The notes: generated from the letters alone by a model not told the origin. DNA of 63,203 nt, filler included, from Phoronis australis (GCA_002633005.1; 12 parts of 12 records of this genome joined end to end with filler, not necessarily neighbours in it), one strand, 5' to 3'. Shown: positions 1 to 13,170, counted from the whole stretch's first letter. Made by a program: numbers and translations.

Positions 1-128
1 GAATTTCACTTACCAACCAACAGAGGCCGTGTCAGTACAGTTTCACGATAAAGGCGGGAAGACATGAGACCCTTCCATTTTCTGTAAAAGACGACCGTTG
101 TGACACCCGCAACGTAAAGCAGACGTGT

Positions 129-380
129 ACCCAGCCTAAAATATAGGGGGACTCGAATTTTTTAGTATGTGGACCTTTTACTGAAAAAACAGTGACTAAA
201 AACGGGGTACTTCGTTCAGACCTATGAATTGTGCATTCGTGCAAAATTTCTGTTGACTTTTGTGCCGTTTTCTCGGACGTTTAGTTTCTATGAGGCGGAC
301 CTTTTTGTCCACTTCACCAAATGAGGGGCTCATTCGAGCCCCCCCCCCCAAGTCTACCCCCCTCCCCCTGGGTGCGCGGA
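129..380 (+). repeat. Interspersed ~250-bp repeat (MITE-like), copy 1 of 3
   Basis: acccagcctaaaatataggggg...gaggcggacct...cccc.gggtgcgcgga recurs inverted at ~2048-2272 and direct at ~62138-62361. Confidence 0.8.
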
Positions 381-490
381 TGTAAAGTTACATGTATAGG
401 CTAACTACCTGTAGGTACGTCCTGCTGAAATATCAATAATTATTGATATACAATGTAATTTTACATGTACTTGTATAATAAGCGGAACGA

Positions 491-891
491 GGGCCCGGTC
501 TCTAATCTTTATACTCGAAACGAACTCGAAACTATTTTTGGCAATTTCTCTGCTCCTTTTGTGCGAACTTAAGATAATTGGTTATCAGACTGTGCCCGAA
601 TACATTATAGTTTATGCATACATGTAGGAGTTTCTAGTTCAAGTTTGCCCTGGAAGACCCTTATATTCGTGCTACAAACTCGAGTAAAAACTCGAAATTT
701 CGAGTTCAAACTCGAACTTATTGCTTTAATATTGATTTTACAAACTGTGAACTAAGGGCAATAAATTATCTACGTAAGTTATTGTGTACTCGAGCATAGA
801 CACTTATCTCGATTTCGCCCAAAAGTAGAGTAGAAAATGCCAAACCTAATTTCGAGTTCCATTTCGAGTAAAAAGATTGGAGACCGGGCCC
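491..891. mobile_element. MITE with ~30-bp terminal inverted repeats (Harbinger-like GGGCCC ends)
   Basis: Left gggcccggtctctaatctttatactcgaaa is the near reverse complement of right tttcgagtaaaaagattggagaccgggccc; internal ctcgaa/ttcgag motifs; related right-end fragment at ~31870-31960. Confidence 0.8.
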
Positions 892-2047
892 AGATGCTAT
901 TTTCATTTTATCACGAAGTCCTTGGCGCAAGATCCATCAACAACGGGGAAGTAAGTTCTGACGAAAACTCAGGCATGTTATGCCTCATTACCTGTAAGAT
1001 TTAGCATTTTAAGAAGGCTCAATACCCCCACGTCTTCATAACATTTGAAAGCAGAAGACTAATTTGCCTGATCCAACAGTCCGAGTTTCAAACTTAACTT
1101 GAAACATTAAAGTAACTAATGTATTACCGCGAAATGTTTGACAATCCACTCCCGAGAGGCACTCTCATGAGCAAGTTAAAGACAGTTTCCAAAACTGCCC
1201 CCGGACCGTGTACTGAATGTTAATTCACTCCCAACCGAAATTTCCAAAAAGCGCTTGCGACTCAAATGCTGGAGACTCATTGGTTAATGGAAAAAGTAGC
1301 CTACAATTTGGACTCTTCGATTGGTTGGAAAATGGCATTCAAATGTTCCGTATGGCTGGTGTTGAAAAACGTTGCAGTATACTCTCCGTCTATAGAGAAA
1401 TGCCTTTGTGAGTTACGGACAATATCAAGCCCACAGGAAGGAAAAAATATTGGGGGACACAAACCAAATTGACTTCGACAACCTACCCCCTTGCTATCAT
1501 AACCCCTCCCCCCGTTCTCTGGATGTCACCACTGATATTTGTATCGAACCCCACCCCTCACGTCCGCCATAGGTGGGGGTAATACCAGGGATGCAGCCAT
1601 CAGGATTTGAGTAACCGTGAACCAACAAAGATTCACGGAGAGTAAGAATGGGTCAAAGCACCGAGCGCACTGACGGGTATCTGGTAGCTGCTTGAAGTAA
1701 CTATAGCTGGGTCTAAGGTCAAGGTTCCTTCTATTAGGATCCAGTTTCGGGAAAACCTCATTTTCTTATGGCCATTCTTTGAAGAAATTTTTGGAAAGGT
1801 GAGGCCCCGAAGTGCCTGGTATGAGTGCCTTTGTGGCCATTTCATAATCCTTTGACGAAACTCAGTCGGTAGTCCAGTCTCTGGTTGCTGAGGAAAATGA
1901 TACAGAGTGTGTCCAAAAATGTACACACTTCAACGTCTGGAGTTCAAACTCAGTTCCCGTGGGTAACTGAGATTCTAAGCAGGCCTACTGCATGGTTACA
2001 CCTTATTTTTAACGTATGTGTGCCTGTCATGACGTGCTCCGTGCATG

Positions 2048-2272
2048 TGCGCACCTGGGGGGTGGACTCGGGGATCTCGATGGCAAAGTGGGCAAAAAGG
2101 TGCGCCTCAGAGAAAAAAATGTTTGAGTAAAACGACACAAAATTCCCCTAAAAGGGCAGGATTCGGCGTATGCACAATTCATAGCCCTTAACGAACCCCG
2201 TATTCGTTTTTTTAGTTAGTAAAAAGTCCACATCCTCAAAAATTGGAGCCTCCCTATATTTTAGGCTGGGTG
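2048..2272 (-). repeat. Interspersed ~250-bp repeat, copy 2 (inverted)
   Basis: Reverse-complement similarity to 129-380; absent at the equivalent position (~19835) of the paralogous segment. Confidence 0.75.
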
Positions 2273-2504
2273 CTCGCATGCCGTGGGCGTACGGTATGCA
2301 CGGGAAATGCAAGCAAACAATTCAGCTTTGAAGAACAATAATTCATTGCGCAATACTACTGGAAATCAAAAACATCAAGGAAGTTCAAAGACAACATTTC
2401 CAAGTTGATGACCATTAAGTTGGATTTTATTTATTTAAGTACTTAAACTTCGTTTTTGATCTACGGTTTGTAAACTTAAACCCAGTAACTTAGTTCCTAA
2501 ACCA

Positions 2505-3243
2505 ATAAACAATTTATTGTCATTTGAATTGTGAGAGTGACATTTTAGCACACATTGTTGAGCTGTCCGAAATTTCCGTGAGACTTATTTCAGACAGACA
2601 AAAATCGTTTACCGTACTTTTATATTTGGGGGTCTGATGATAGATCGAATTTTCCCAATGTCGGCCTGCAATTAAGTTCATTGAAGTATTGTCATTTCTT
2701 ACAGGACTAGCTTCTAATTGTCAAAAAAAATCATGTCTCAATCAGTCCACTTTCGTAGATACATAAACATGTAAATCAGAAAGCAACAATTAAATCCATG
2801 AGCAATGCGTTTACCTTGATTTAATGACTTAACTTCTTTTTGATCCCCAGTTATTGACTTTAAACAACAAATCNATAAACAATTTATTGTCATTTGAATT
2901 GTGAGAGTGACATTTTAGCACACATTGTTGAGCTGTCCGAAATTTCCGTGAGACTTATTTCAGACAGACAAAAATCGTTTACCGTACTTTTATATTTGGG
3001 GGTCTGATGATAGATCGAATTTTCCCAATGTCGGCCTGCAATTAAGTTCATTGAAGTATTGTCATTTCTTACAAGACTAGCTTCTAATTGTCAAAAAAAA
3101 TCATGTCTCAATCAGTCCACTTTCGTAGATACATAAACATGTAAATCAGAAAGCAACAATTAAATCCATGAGCAATGCGTTTACCTTGATTTAATGACTT
3201 AACTTCTTTTTGATCCCCAGTTATTGACTTTAAACAACAAATC
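2505..3243. other. 369-bp tandem duplication across a single N (probable assembly artefact)
   Basis: 2505-2873 and 2875-3243 differ by one substitution that I could see (acaggact/acaagact) and are joined by n at 2874. Confidence 0.85.
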
Positions 3244-4719
3244 ATGTACCGAAGTAAAAAATCAATGCATTTATTGTCATTTGAATTGCGAGTAAATTTT
3301 TTTTGGGAAGTGTCTTAATTTCATCAATGTTTTTGAGAGTTATTTTAGATAGGAAAAAACGTGCAAGTGCACTTCACTATTTGAGGATCGGATTATACAG
3401 TAGTTTTTTTTTTCATATTCAGGCTTCAACTAAATTCACTGAATCGTCATCATTTCTTTAAAGATTAGTTCTAATTGCAAAAATCACCTATTAACCTGTC
3501 GGTTTTCATAGATACATAAACATGTAAATCAGAAACCAACGAAATTGTTGATCAAAATGGAAAATTATAAGCAATTTCCGCAGGCATGCTCGCAGATTTT
3601 TGTTGGGTAACCGGAGGAAATGAGAGATTAGGCATTCATAGTAAGGTGTATTTTTGCTCTTTCCGAGGTACACGAGTTTAACTTGACCTAAAAAAACGGT
3701 GATATATTTGTTCAATTCGTTTATTATTGCGAGTATTTGGGTACACTCGTTCGACATGTACAATGTACACAGTCACCCCAATGGTAGCCTCGACAGCAGT
3801 GTTTTCCACATGTGGGTATTCCTTACAAACAACTCATAGTAACCATCTTCAAAAAAGATACTATTCATGTGATGATATGGGAAACAGTAACATTAATTTT
3901 TAATTAACCATCGGAAATAGCGGTCTTCCTGACTCCCTTTCGATGGCGGTCAATCCTATTGCATTTTTCAGATTTTTGGTTGTTTGGGTTGAATGTCTTG
4001 ATACTGCTGTGCTGTGCATCAATGTTTTTTTTTTGTTTTTTAGTCAATTTCGAATCACAACTTCCCTCTTCCACCGAGAGAGGGTGCCGTCTGAAATGGG
4101 ACACCTTAAGAATGAAAAGCTAAACATCATTAAGCTTGGAAAAGAGTGACAGTTCATTCCACCGTCGTGTGGTCAGACGACGGTGCAAGAAGTGACCTTC
4201 TTCAACATGAAAGTTGGTTGCACAATTTTACAAAAAAAAAAAACAGGAAAATAGACGTAATGGAGTCCAACATTATGGGACCTCTCTCCGTCAGTGTAGG
4301 CTTAAAAATGTGTTAATAGAAACATAAAAACTGTGGCTACTTGAATATCATCAGTGGCCTCCTTCAGACATGGGGCTTCTCTGTTTGAAAATATCTATAT
4401 TTTGAAAAATCAAGAAATGTGCAGCAATTGATGATATATCTGTCAGGGTTATCAAATTTTCGAAAGTGATATACAATTCGAGAAAAAGAGCGACAGTTGT
4501 CTCCCTTATACCTTGCCAGAGAGGGACCTCTGGAAAAGTATGGTTTTGCAGTCGCAAAATTGGCTTACTGAGTTTAAAAATCCAGTAAAATAATACGCTC
4601 CGCAAAAGCTTCGCTTTAAAACTTTTGTCAAGTTTTCGAAATATATGCATGAACCATTACGTGCACGTTTCCAAATGCCTTTAGACGATCTGTGCTGCGA
4701 AAGTTGGGTCTCCAACAAC

Positions 4720-4819
4720 NNNNNNNNNNNNNNNNNNNNNNNNNNNNNNNNNNNNNNNNNNNNTTAATTAATTAANNNNNNNNNNNNNNNNNNNNNNNNN
4801 NNNNNNNNNNNNNNNNNNN
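4720..4819. other. Artificial scaffold spacer N44-TTAATTAATTAA-N44 (also 6875, 13459, 16106, 32378, 37120, 39533, 42423, 45369, 48110, 61671)
   Basis: Same 100-nt layout at every such gap; the 12-mer puts stop codons in all six frames. Confidence 0.97.
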
Positions 4820-6874
4820 AATTCTTTTCAATTTCAGCACACTGGTGTAAGTCAACATGCCAATTGAAAACCCCACTTTACTTTGCAATAGGCCTAACCA
4901 ATCAGAAAAAATAGGTCAAAGGTCATTGAGTGCAAACTAAAATTTTGAGCGAGGGACTTCAGAATTACGCATCTGTTTACTAAGTGCGATTGAGTTTGAA
5001 TTCTAAATTTTCAGGTCATTTGGTGCACCCATGGGGTCATTAGGTGCGTTTTTCTTCTGAAAGTTTGACCACTTCATTCATCTAGTATTCTGAAGTGCTT
5101 AAAGTAAAGCATCTGTGGTTATTAGAATTAACCACACTTTTAATCGAGTTAACAATTACTCCCTCATCGGGGCTCATAATGCACCGGAAGAGGTCTATTA
5201 GCGGAAAGGTCATCAAAAAATTAATATGTAATTTCTCCTACAATTTTAAAGAATTCCTTTTCATATTGGTAAACTGGTTGCTGTCAGTAACTTCCCGTAT
5301 TAATTCCAGTAATACGCACGCGCAGAGTCCGTTATTGTCACGCCGTGACAATAATCTTTCTAGTTCTTATTCTTATTCTTCTTCTTCTTCTTCCGACCAA
5401 CTTTGGGGCTTAATAACTCCAAATTGGGTGCAGGTACGGTCTTTAAATTCAGCATATGACTTTTGACAATATATAAATTTTGATTGATTATATAATCATA
5501 TTCCCTATTGCACCGGAAGAGGTCGTTTGGTGCAAAGGTCATATAATTTTCAAAATGCTACTCCTCCTTCAGTTTTAAACCTATCTTTTTCAAATTCGGT
5601 GCACAGGTACAAATCAAGTAGACAATTTAAAAAAATACTTTTCTAAGTAATAGGGTCATCCAATCAGGTGAAATAGGTCAAAGGTTATTAGGTGCAATCT
5701 AAAATTTTGAGCTAGACACTTCAAATTGACAGGTCTGATTGCCACAGGTAAATCAAATCGAAATCCAAAGTTTCAGGTCATTTAATGCAAACATGGGGTC
5801 ATTAGGTGCATTTTTCTTCTGAAAATTTAACCTTTTCAATCATCAAGTATTCTGATGGGTCAAGTGTTAGACAACTATGATTCTCAGCGTTAAACACATT
5901 TTCCATGGGCTTTGCAATAATTCTCCTAAAGATGCTTAAAATGCACCGGATAAGGTCAATTATTGCAATGGTCATGTAACGTTCAAAATGTTATATCTCT
6001 TACGTTTTTCAAGGAATTCTTTTCAATTTCAGCACACTAGTGTAAGTCAACATGCCAATTGAATACCCTACTTTACTTCGCAATAGGCCTAACCAATCAG
6101 AAAAAATAGGTCAAAGGTCATTGAGTGCAAACTAAAATTGTGATGTAGAGACTTCAGAATTACGTATCTGTTTACTAAGGGCGATTCAGTTTGAATTCTA
6201 AATTTTCAGGTCATTTGGTGCAACCAAGGGGTCATCAGGTGCATTTTTCTTCTGAAAGTTTGACCACTTCATTCATCTTGTATTCCGAAGTGCTTAAAGT
6301 AAAACATCTGTGAATATTAGCATTAACCACACTTTTAATCGAGTTAACAATTACTCCCTCATCGGGGCGCACAATGCACCGGAAGAGGTCGATTAGTGGA
6401 AAGGTCATCAAAAAATTAATATGTAATTTCTCCTACGATTTTAAAGAATTCCTTTTCATATTGGTAAACGAGTTACTGTCAGTAACTTCCCATAATAATT
6501 CCAGTAATACGCACGCGCAGAGTCCGTTATTGTCACGCCGTGACAATAATCTTTCTAGTTACTCTGCGCGTGTAAGCGCAGAGTACTGTTGTTCCTGGGT
6601 TTTCTTCAATTTTATTACTCTGCGCGTGTAAGCGCAGAGTACTGTTGTTCCTGGGTTTTCTTCAATTTTATTCTTATTCTTATTCTTATTCTTCTTATTA
6701 CTCTGCGCGTGTAAGCGCAGAGTCCTGTTGTTCCTGGGTTTTCTTCAATTTTATTCTTATTCTTATTCTTATTACTCTGCGCGTGTAAGCGCAGAGTCCT
6801 GTTGTTCCTGGGTTTTCTTCAATTTTATTCTTATTACTCTGCGCGTGTAAGCGCAGAGTACTGTTGTTCCTGGG
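4820..6874 (+). mobile_element. Tandem array of non-autonomous Helentron/DINE-1-like (rolling-circle) elements
   Basis: ~1195-bp period; 3' subterminal IR cacgcgcagagt, perfect 11-bp hairpin ttattgtcacg-c-cgtgacaataa, then CTAG-T at 5360 and 6555; 5' subterminal IR actctgcgcgtg with a short internal stem and (ttctta)n microsatellite, repeated five times from 6561. Confidence 0.8.
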
Positions 6875-6974
6875 NNNNNNNNNNNNNNNNNNNNNNNNNN
6901 NNNNNNNNNNNNNNNNNNTTAATTAATTAANNNNNNNNNNNNNNNNNNNNNNNNNNNNNNNNNNNNNNNNNNNN

Positions 6975-7531
6975 CCATTTATGATAAATTCACGCAATTG
7001 CTCTGTCATTCGATAAACAAATAATTATGTGTGATTGCACTCCGAGTTTGAGGTCGACAGCAGAATATGAGGCGAGTAAGCGAGCGATTTTCCAAAAACA
7101 ACTCCCAGTGCATTTAAGAATACATTTGAATTGAACACTCCCTTTATATCTGATTTAAACAGTTAGGTCTTACATCGCTTCCCGCTTATCCAAACTGGCT
7201 TTCGCTTGAAGTAGCCATTGTTTGTTTACGTCAAAGGCCAAAGGTCGCATTTTCCATGTGAGGGAAATGTGCTACGTCAATATGCCTTGCCATACCAAAT
7301 AAGAAGACGAACTTTGCCTTGTTGGAGAAAAATCGAAGACATTGACGTGCTGTTGATGGATCTCTGTTTTGAAATATGGATACTAAACAAAAATGTTCTG
7401 ACATCAACAAAAGTTCAAAACCTTCACGAACAAACCGTAAAATACCTGTTGAACTGGTTGAATTCTGTGTCAGCGACAGAAACCTACTTGAATGATGCAG
7501 TTTAATGTTTTTTTTTGCGTTTCAGACCTCT
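6975..7531. mobile_element. Possible end of a Kolobok-like non-autonomous DNA transposon
   Basis: Ends gcgtttcagacctct followed by TTAA, matching the RR..YY terminus/TTAA target pattern; the other end is not visible (gap). Confidence 0.3.
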
Positions 7532-8419
7532 TTAAGAAATGACCGTACTGTGTATGTGTTGTTGCTTACCGCTTGTACCGCATACCGCTTTACGTGACAC
7601 ATGAACATATGAAAAAAACTTAAACTTTACTCCTCTTCTATCTAACAAATGTTGGAACAAACAAACAAGTTAGTAACAAACAACAAAACTAATGACAAAT
7701 ATTAAATTACTGAAACTTCGGAGTGGAAACTAAAACGTATATGGCCGGATTTACAATAAAAACTAACACAAGTACGTGACTGGGGATAGTACAAAATAAT
7801 ATATTGGTTACATATTACATATGGTACAAAAAACGAGTGAAATTTATCTGTTTGACTAGAAAAAATGTGTTATAAAGTTAACTAGAAAAAATAAAATATG
7901 TAGGAAAAATAAAGTATAACATATGAAAAAGTAACTTTAAGGGTTGCAGCATCATTTTTGAACTCATCATCACATTTATTTGATGATACGATTTAATCTA
8001 AGGTAGACCAGGGATTGGAACTTGGCATTTTGTTTCTAACAATTTATTACCCATTTAGAGTTTCACCAGGGCTTGCTGGGCTAAACTGCTCTCTGAAGGG
8101 GCAACTGAGAGCCCAGCGTGTGAATAGTGAATGATTTGTTGAGGCAGTAAAATGCTTTCCCTTCGTTCAGCCCTCTCATTCTTTGTAAAATAGTTGCCTT
8201 TAAAACTGGGACGGATGTCAAAAATTTCATGGCGTCGATGTTTTTTTTCACAGGGATTTCATGATCAAAACTTTCTGTTATCCTGACTTTCTTGGAGCCT
8301 TTCTACAAGTCAGTATCACCTTGCTGAACAGTAGTAGCTGCAAGACCTCTATTATTTCCTCTGTTCGACGATGAGACGTGTGTGTTTCTATTTTTTGTAA
8401 TAGACAATGGAGTGCTACT

Positions 8420-8870
8420 GAATACTTTGTTGATATCATCTCCATTCTTACAGTGTATTCAATTTTCGACAAGACAGCACCAATGTGACTTGATGTATTT
8501 CGTAAACCGGCCACACATTTGCAATTTCAAGACAATATTTCGAAACTACCCCATGCTATAAATATGCAGACCACGTTCCACTCATTGTTGATGTTCTGAG
8601 ATAGTCTGACATTGCACTCAATAATCGCAGTGTCCTTGCACAAATTATGGTTTAAAATCGCAGCCACTCTTGAAGTAATTGAATGATTCCAAATTTTATT
8701 GGCTGTCCATCGACTGCTTTCGGTTCTATCAAATACATGTAGCTTGTTTGTCGCCATACAAAGCATTTGACCACTCACGAATATTTTCTGTCCACCATGA
8801 ACTGCCCTTAAATTTCGACGTTGTAGATGACATTTTTTTCAATGAAACAATGGAAATTCAAACTGGTTCG
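8420..8870 (-). pseudogene. Decayed transposon ORF with SWIM-type zinc finger (ISL2EU/Kolobok-type accessory protein)
   Basis: Reads NVRLSQ...EILS*NCKCVAGLRNTSSHIGAVLSKIEYTVRM, matching CxCxAG-x3-CSH(V/I)xAxL-x2-IE with stops. Confidence 0.65.
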
Positions 8871-9169
8871 AGATATTATTGATGCATTAAGAACTTCTGG
8901 CGGTGACAGTGAGAACGTGAACTATACATCAAATATTTAAATACAGTAGACTTATGAGATTGCTTGCCAAATAATAAACTAACCAAACAGGGTGTCGATT
9001 GAATTAAAATGTTTACCAACATGACTTCTGAGTTAGACAATAGGGGTAGGTGCCAAAAAGAGGGGGTTAAGCCTCACTGGTAGGTAAGCTGAACACAAAG
9101 CAATGCACTAAGACTGCCATCTATAGAGGACAAGAAAATAAAACTTAAACAAATCAATGTAGAGATGTC

Positions 9170-9520
9170 CTTCAGAGCTCCAAATAGCTAATAACATTCA
9201 TCAGGAAAAATGACTACTAATTTTATTTGTGAAATCTTCTTGATACGGGTATCTCCAGGAGACAGGACAGTAATGCCGTGCAATTAAGTCAGTGAAAAAA
9301 TATCCAGAGCAGAAAGTAAATAAGTCAAAGTAGTATGACCAACGCTGGAGTAACTACATTTGGAATAACGAAAACCTAGGATAGAATGATATACAAACAA
9401 CAATTTCTCGCCACATCAAATAGTTAATGAAACACAGACCTTATATAATCTAGTGATGCAACTTTGAAATGCTCACTAACATACCGAACATCTGACTGTT
9501 CTGTTTTTGTTTCTTTCAAA
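9170..9520 (+). repeat. ~330-bp diverged direct repeat (second copy ~11195-11520)
   Basis: Shared gggtatctccag..gacagtaatgccgtgcaa, tagtatgaccaacgctggagta, cagaccttatataatc, gcaactttgaaatgct. Confidence 0.8.
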
Positions 9521-9791
9521 GTTTAACTTTTGTACATCAAAGGCCACCTACACACAATATCCACCACATTGTATACACCATGTAGATATGCAGATACACT
9601 GATGTATGAAATAACAATCAGAATGATGAAGCATTTAGACACTGGCTCTTATGAGAAGTTTTTTGATGAATTTTGACGGATTAACCAAGAACGTACTTGA
9701 AACGTCACTCATGTAACTTGAAAATGATATAGAATCGCGTTGTGACAGTTCTGGAATGTCACGTTTTCCCCGTGTGTGGGTGGGCGCAGGT

Positions 9792-10404
9792 TGTTACAGA
9801 CCGGTGCTAATAGCTTTCAGTGTACTGAAGACTGGTTCGACTTAATCCTTTATTCATCTCGACCAAAAGTTCACAAGCCTACTCAAACAAAACGTCCGAC
9901 GTAATGTCTGTTCTATGCTCCAGCCAGTGATGCGAAGCATTGACTTGTGATGAACCTCTGAGACACTTTCAGCAATTGTTACACTCGTTGATTCAATAAC
10001 CTTCTGTCTGTAGCTGGCTCTGTGTTAATTCTCGCTGTAACTGCTGATTCTCTTCACTGCAACTCTTTAACTGCTTTACTGCTTTTCTTCTTTCTAAACT
10101 GACTAATACAAGCCCGTGCTTGTTTATTTATAGACTAATGCAATGTTCTAGAACTTTTCATCAATTCCAGCACATTCTAGAACTTTCCTGAATCTACCCA
10201 ACCATTCTACAAACATGTACTAGTCTCTAGATTATCCCATACTACATCAATCACTGTCATGCTAGAGTCTTCTAGAAAGTTCCACACTATACTGCAGTAA
10301 ACAAATTGCATCATCACTATTGAACTCAGTCTACTAGAAAGTTCCATACTATTCTGTAGTAAACAAATTACACCATCACTGTACTTAACTCAGCGGTCAT
10401 GTCA
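9792..10404 (-). mobile_element. Solo LTR-like sequence
   Basis: Minus strand starts TGACA, ends TAACA, with TATAAATA and a downstream AATAAA in LTR order, plus internal tagaac/ttctag repeats. No matching target-site duplication found. Confidence 0.4.
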
Positions 10405-10479
10405 ATCAAACAGAACAACAAAACAAAGCAATACAACTAAAAACAGTGTCAGTCTATATTCTGACATGGAATAAATTGG

Positions 10480-11160
10480 ATACTCAAGTTATCATACAGA
10501 AAACATCTTGTTAAGAAAGGGAATTCGTCTTCAATTTCATACAAATTAAATTTGTTGCAATATTTGCACAGCCTTTGTTCTCTACCTGCTCTTTCTCGTG
10601 CCACCTCGGCTTTAAGAGTATGGGAAGAGCAACGTATTTTAGTTATATACCTACAATCTACCCATATTTTATAATTTCAGACATGGAGCAACATTTAAGT
10701 TCTTATGAACCTCAGTAAAGAGTACAAGTTCTAACTTTACACTACAATTCTTGGAAGGCGCAGTCTTTAACTCTCTGAATAAATATTTTCAAAACTACAC
10801 CAATATAGCCAACATTTTGTTACGCCCAAACAAACCAAAACCATATCCCAGTAGTAAATGTTTGATACAAGTGGCCCTTGTGCTGGTGTTCTTACTACTG
10901 TGTCCAAGGACTTCGACATGTTATAGCATGGCGTACAAAGGATATCGACCCACTTCACCCAGCACAGCGGCGCTGGTAGTATTTGAGCCAACTCTCAATA
11001 TGCATTTACAAAATATAATGTATATACTTTCTATGGCGGTGTACTTCTGAAATTTCCAAACCTCAGCAACATACATTAGATTTGGTGTCACCACTTTATC
11101 AAAGATTGTTAGAGCCGTCACAACACCTAGACCACCAATATGTCTGTCAAACTGAACAAT
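10480..11160 (-). mobile_element. 3' end of a LINE ORF2 (post-RT region and C-terminal zinc-finger remnant)
   Basis: IFDKVVTPNLMYVAEVW..IE..FCKCILRV..T..AVLGEVGRYPL, then CSSHTLKAE and IEDEFPFL; stops and frameshifts present. Confidence 0.85.
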
Positions 11161-11959
11161 GTTATGGACTACCTTTTTATCTTCATGGCTAGTTCCTCAG
11201 AGTTCCAGCTAATAGTTACTAACATCCATCAGGGAAAATGACTCCTGGTTTTATTAGTGAAATCTTCTGGGTATCTCCAGAGTCAGGACAGTAATGCCGT
11301 GCAAATGAAGTCAGTGAAGAAATTTCCAGAGCAGAAAGTAATTAAATCAAAATAGTATGACCAACGCTGGAGTAGCTACATTTGAATTAACAAAAACCTA
11401 AGATAGAATGATAAGCAAACAACAATTTCATGCCACATCGAATACTTAATGAAACGCAGACCTTATATAATCCAGTAACGCAACTTTGAAATGCTGAACA
11501 GATTTTCTGTTTTTGTTTCTAACATTAGTCTAATGGCTGGCATCCGGTATACAAAGCATGTGGCTGCTTCGTAAACTAAGTTATGAAGTTGCTCTGTATC
11601 AATAATTACATGGAGCTTCTCCCACAACAAGACTCGTGCAATGCCTTGCGAAATCGGCGGGTTCGGGAAGGAGTTTATTGTCTTTAATAGGCGCTGTTGT
11701 CTTGGAACGATATGAGATGCCAAAAGCCCCGTTTGAAGCATTCTAGCTGTTTTCAGAAGATTGACCAGTGACCAGTGGGAGGCCTCTCTAACCCAATCAC
11801 CCCGTTTGGGGCGCTTTGTCAGCAGAATTGACTTCTTCGGGTACGATTGATACCGCCTTGCCTCCAGCCAAGTGACACGGGAACCCTTGAGAACTAATAC
11901 CCTGGTTCGTGAGTCTTAAGCCAGTTGCTTCTGGTGGCAGACAAAGCAGAATTTTGCGT

Positions 11960-12420
11960 ATCAAGAAAGCTTGGGCAAACCGCGGTGTAGCGTCTGCAGC
12001 GCAAAAGGACAAGACCCCGCACAATTAGCCCTGGAAGGGTGCGAGGCTCTGGCACTTGGACTTAAACATGCCGAACTTTGGAAGTCCATATGTAGGAAGC
12101 CTTTTCGTTGAGGGTTATATGCTTGCTTGGAGGAACCAGGATAGGAAGCTATTGAAACCAGTGTGAGGTTTGCGGATGCAGGAAAGCTTTTGGCTGGAAC
12201 TTGTTCCCACTCTATGGATAGGCTGAATGCCGATGCAGACATCTATCATAACCTATACTTGTTATATGGATCCACAGCGAAAACCAATAACCCACCCTGG
12301 TCAGGGTGACCAGCGCACAGGGTAGTCGAAAATGGTCTTTGCGGCTACGGATGTCCACATCCTCCCTAGGAGTTTCTATGAGGCAAGTGGGGTCACTCCC
12401 TACAGTGGACACTTAATTTG
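11960..12420 (-). mobile_element. Possible heavily decayed LINE ORF1 (zinc-knuckle) remnant
   Basis: QAYNPQRKGF...HPSRANCAGSCP loosely resembles the YxP..CxxC / CxNCxGxH knuckles of I/Jockey-type ORF1. Confidence 0.3.
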
Positions 12421-13170
12421 GGAAATCGCTGGACTCTTCAATAAAAGTAGACAGTGAAATTACCAAGCTGTGAAAATGGAAATGGTGGCTGCCTGTGCGA
12501 AATCCAAACCTGCCTCGGACACTCGAAGAGCGAATGATGGCGGAAAGACTTCAACTTGGCACGATGACAGCTCTCATCGTCTCTGCTTCTGCTAAGCGGA
12601 GATCAAAGCAAGGTCGTCAGACGGCTCAGAAGAAGATTGAAAGGTTGAAAATCGATGTTCAGCAGGGTGTTAAGCCCACCACGCCTGACAGGTGGACCCC
12701 TGGAACATCCTCAAAACCACCCACCGAACTGTCTGAAGTGAATAATCTCATTTATGGTAGTGTGGCCAAGAGAGATCTCTTTGTGGCTACAAAGGCTGGT
12801 GAGCAACCACACTGAATAAGGATTAGGCGAAGCGTCTCAAGCTCCGTCTGCAGATGGCATTTGTCAAGCTCCAGAGATCCAGTGACCCATTTAATATTAG
12901 GTTAGTGAGACTTAAAAAGGGCAAACTGGCAATTTTGTCTGTGACAACTCAACTACCCTTGACTGGTAAGCAACTTAGTCCAGATGGTCCCGACTCTCAC
13001 AGGCCATCTTACCACGTGATGGATCGAGGCGATCTACCTCCTGTGTTCAATGCTTTTTGTCATGTCTCACAGGATGTTGCCTCCAATCAGGATGCGCTTT
13101 TGCTGGAGCTGAAGGAGCGCAGTGGTGACCTGGACATGTCAAAGGTTCATGTGGTGTAAGTGACTGCCAT

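Larger units (their letters stand above)
1590..4719 (+). repeat. Diverged long duplication, copy A (paralogue at ~19325-21480)
   Basis: Collinear shared blocks: gagtaaccgtgaaccaac, tagatacataaac..gtaaatcagaaaccaacga, gacagcagtgttttc, ttccaccgtcgtgtggtc, tacgctccgcaaaagcttcgct. Confidence 0.85.

Noticed and set aside
919-950. Possible 32-bp plus-strand exon ending GAA|gtaagt
   Set aside because: No partner exon or recognisable peptide.
4764-4775. Recurring TTAATTAATTAA palindrome
   Set aside because: Always centred in 100-nt N runs; an assembly linker, not biology.
6561-6874. CRISPR-like repeat-spacer appearance
   Set aside because: Spacers are just variable ttctta microsatellite, the context is eukaryotic and no cas genes are present.
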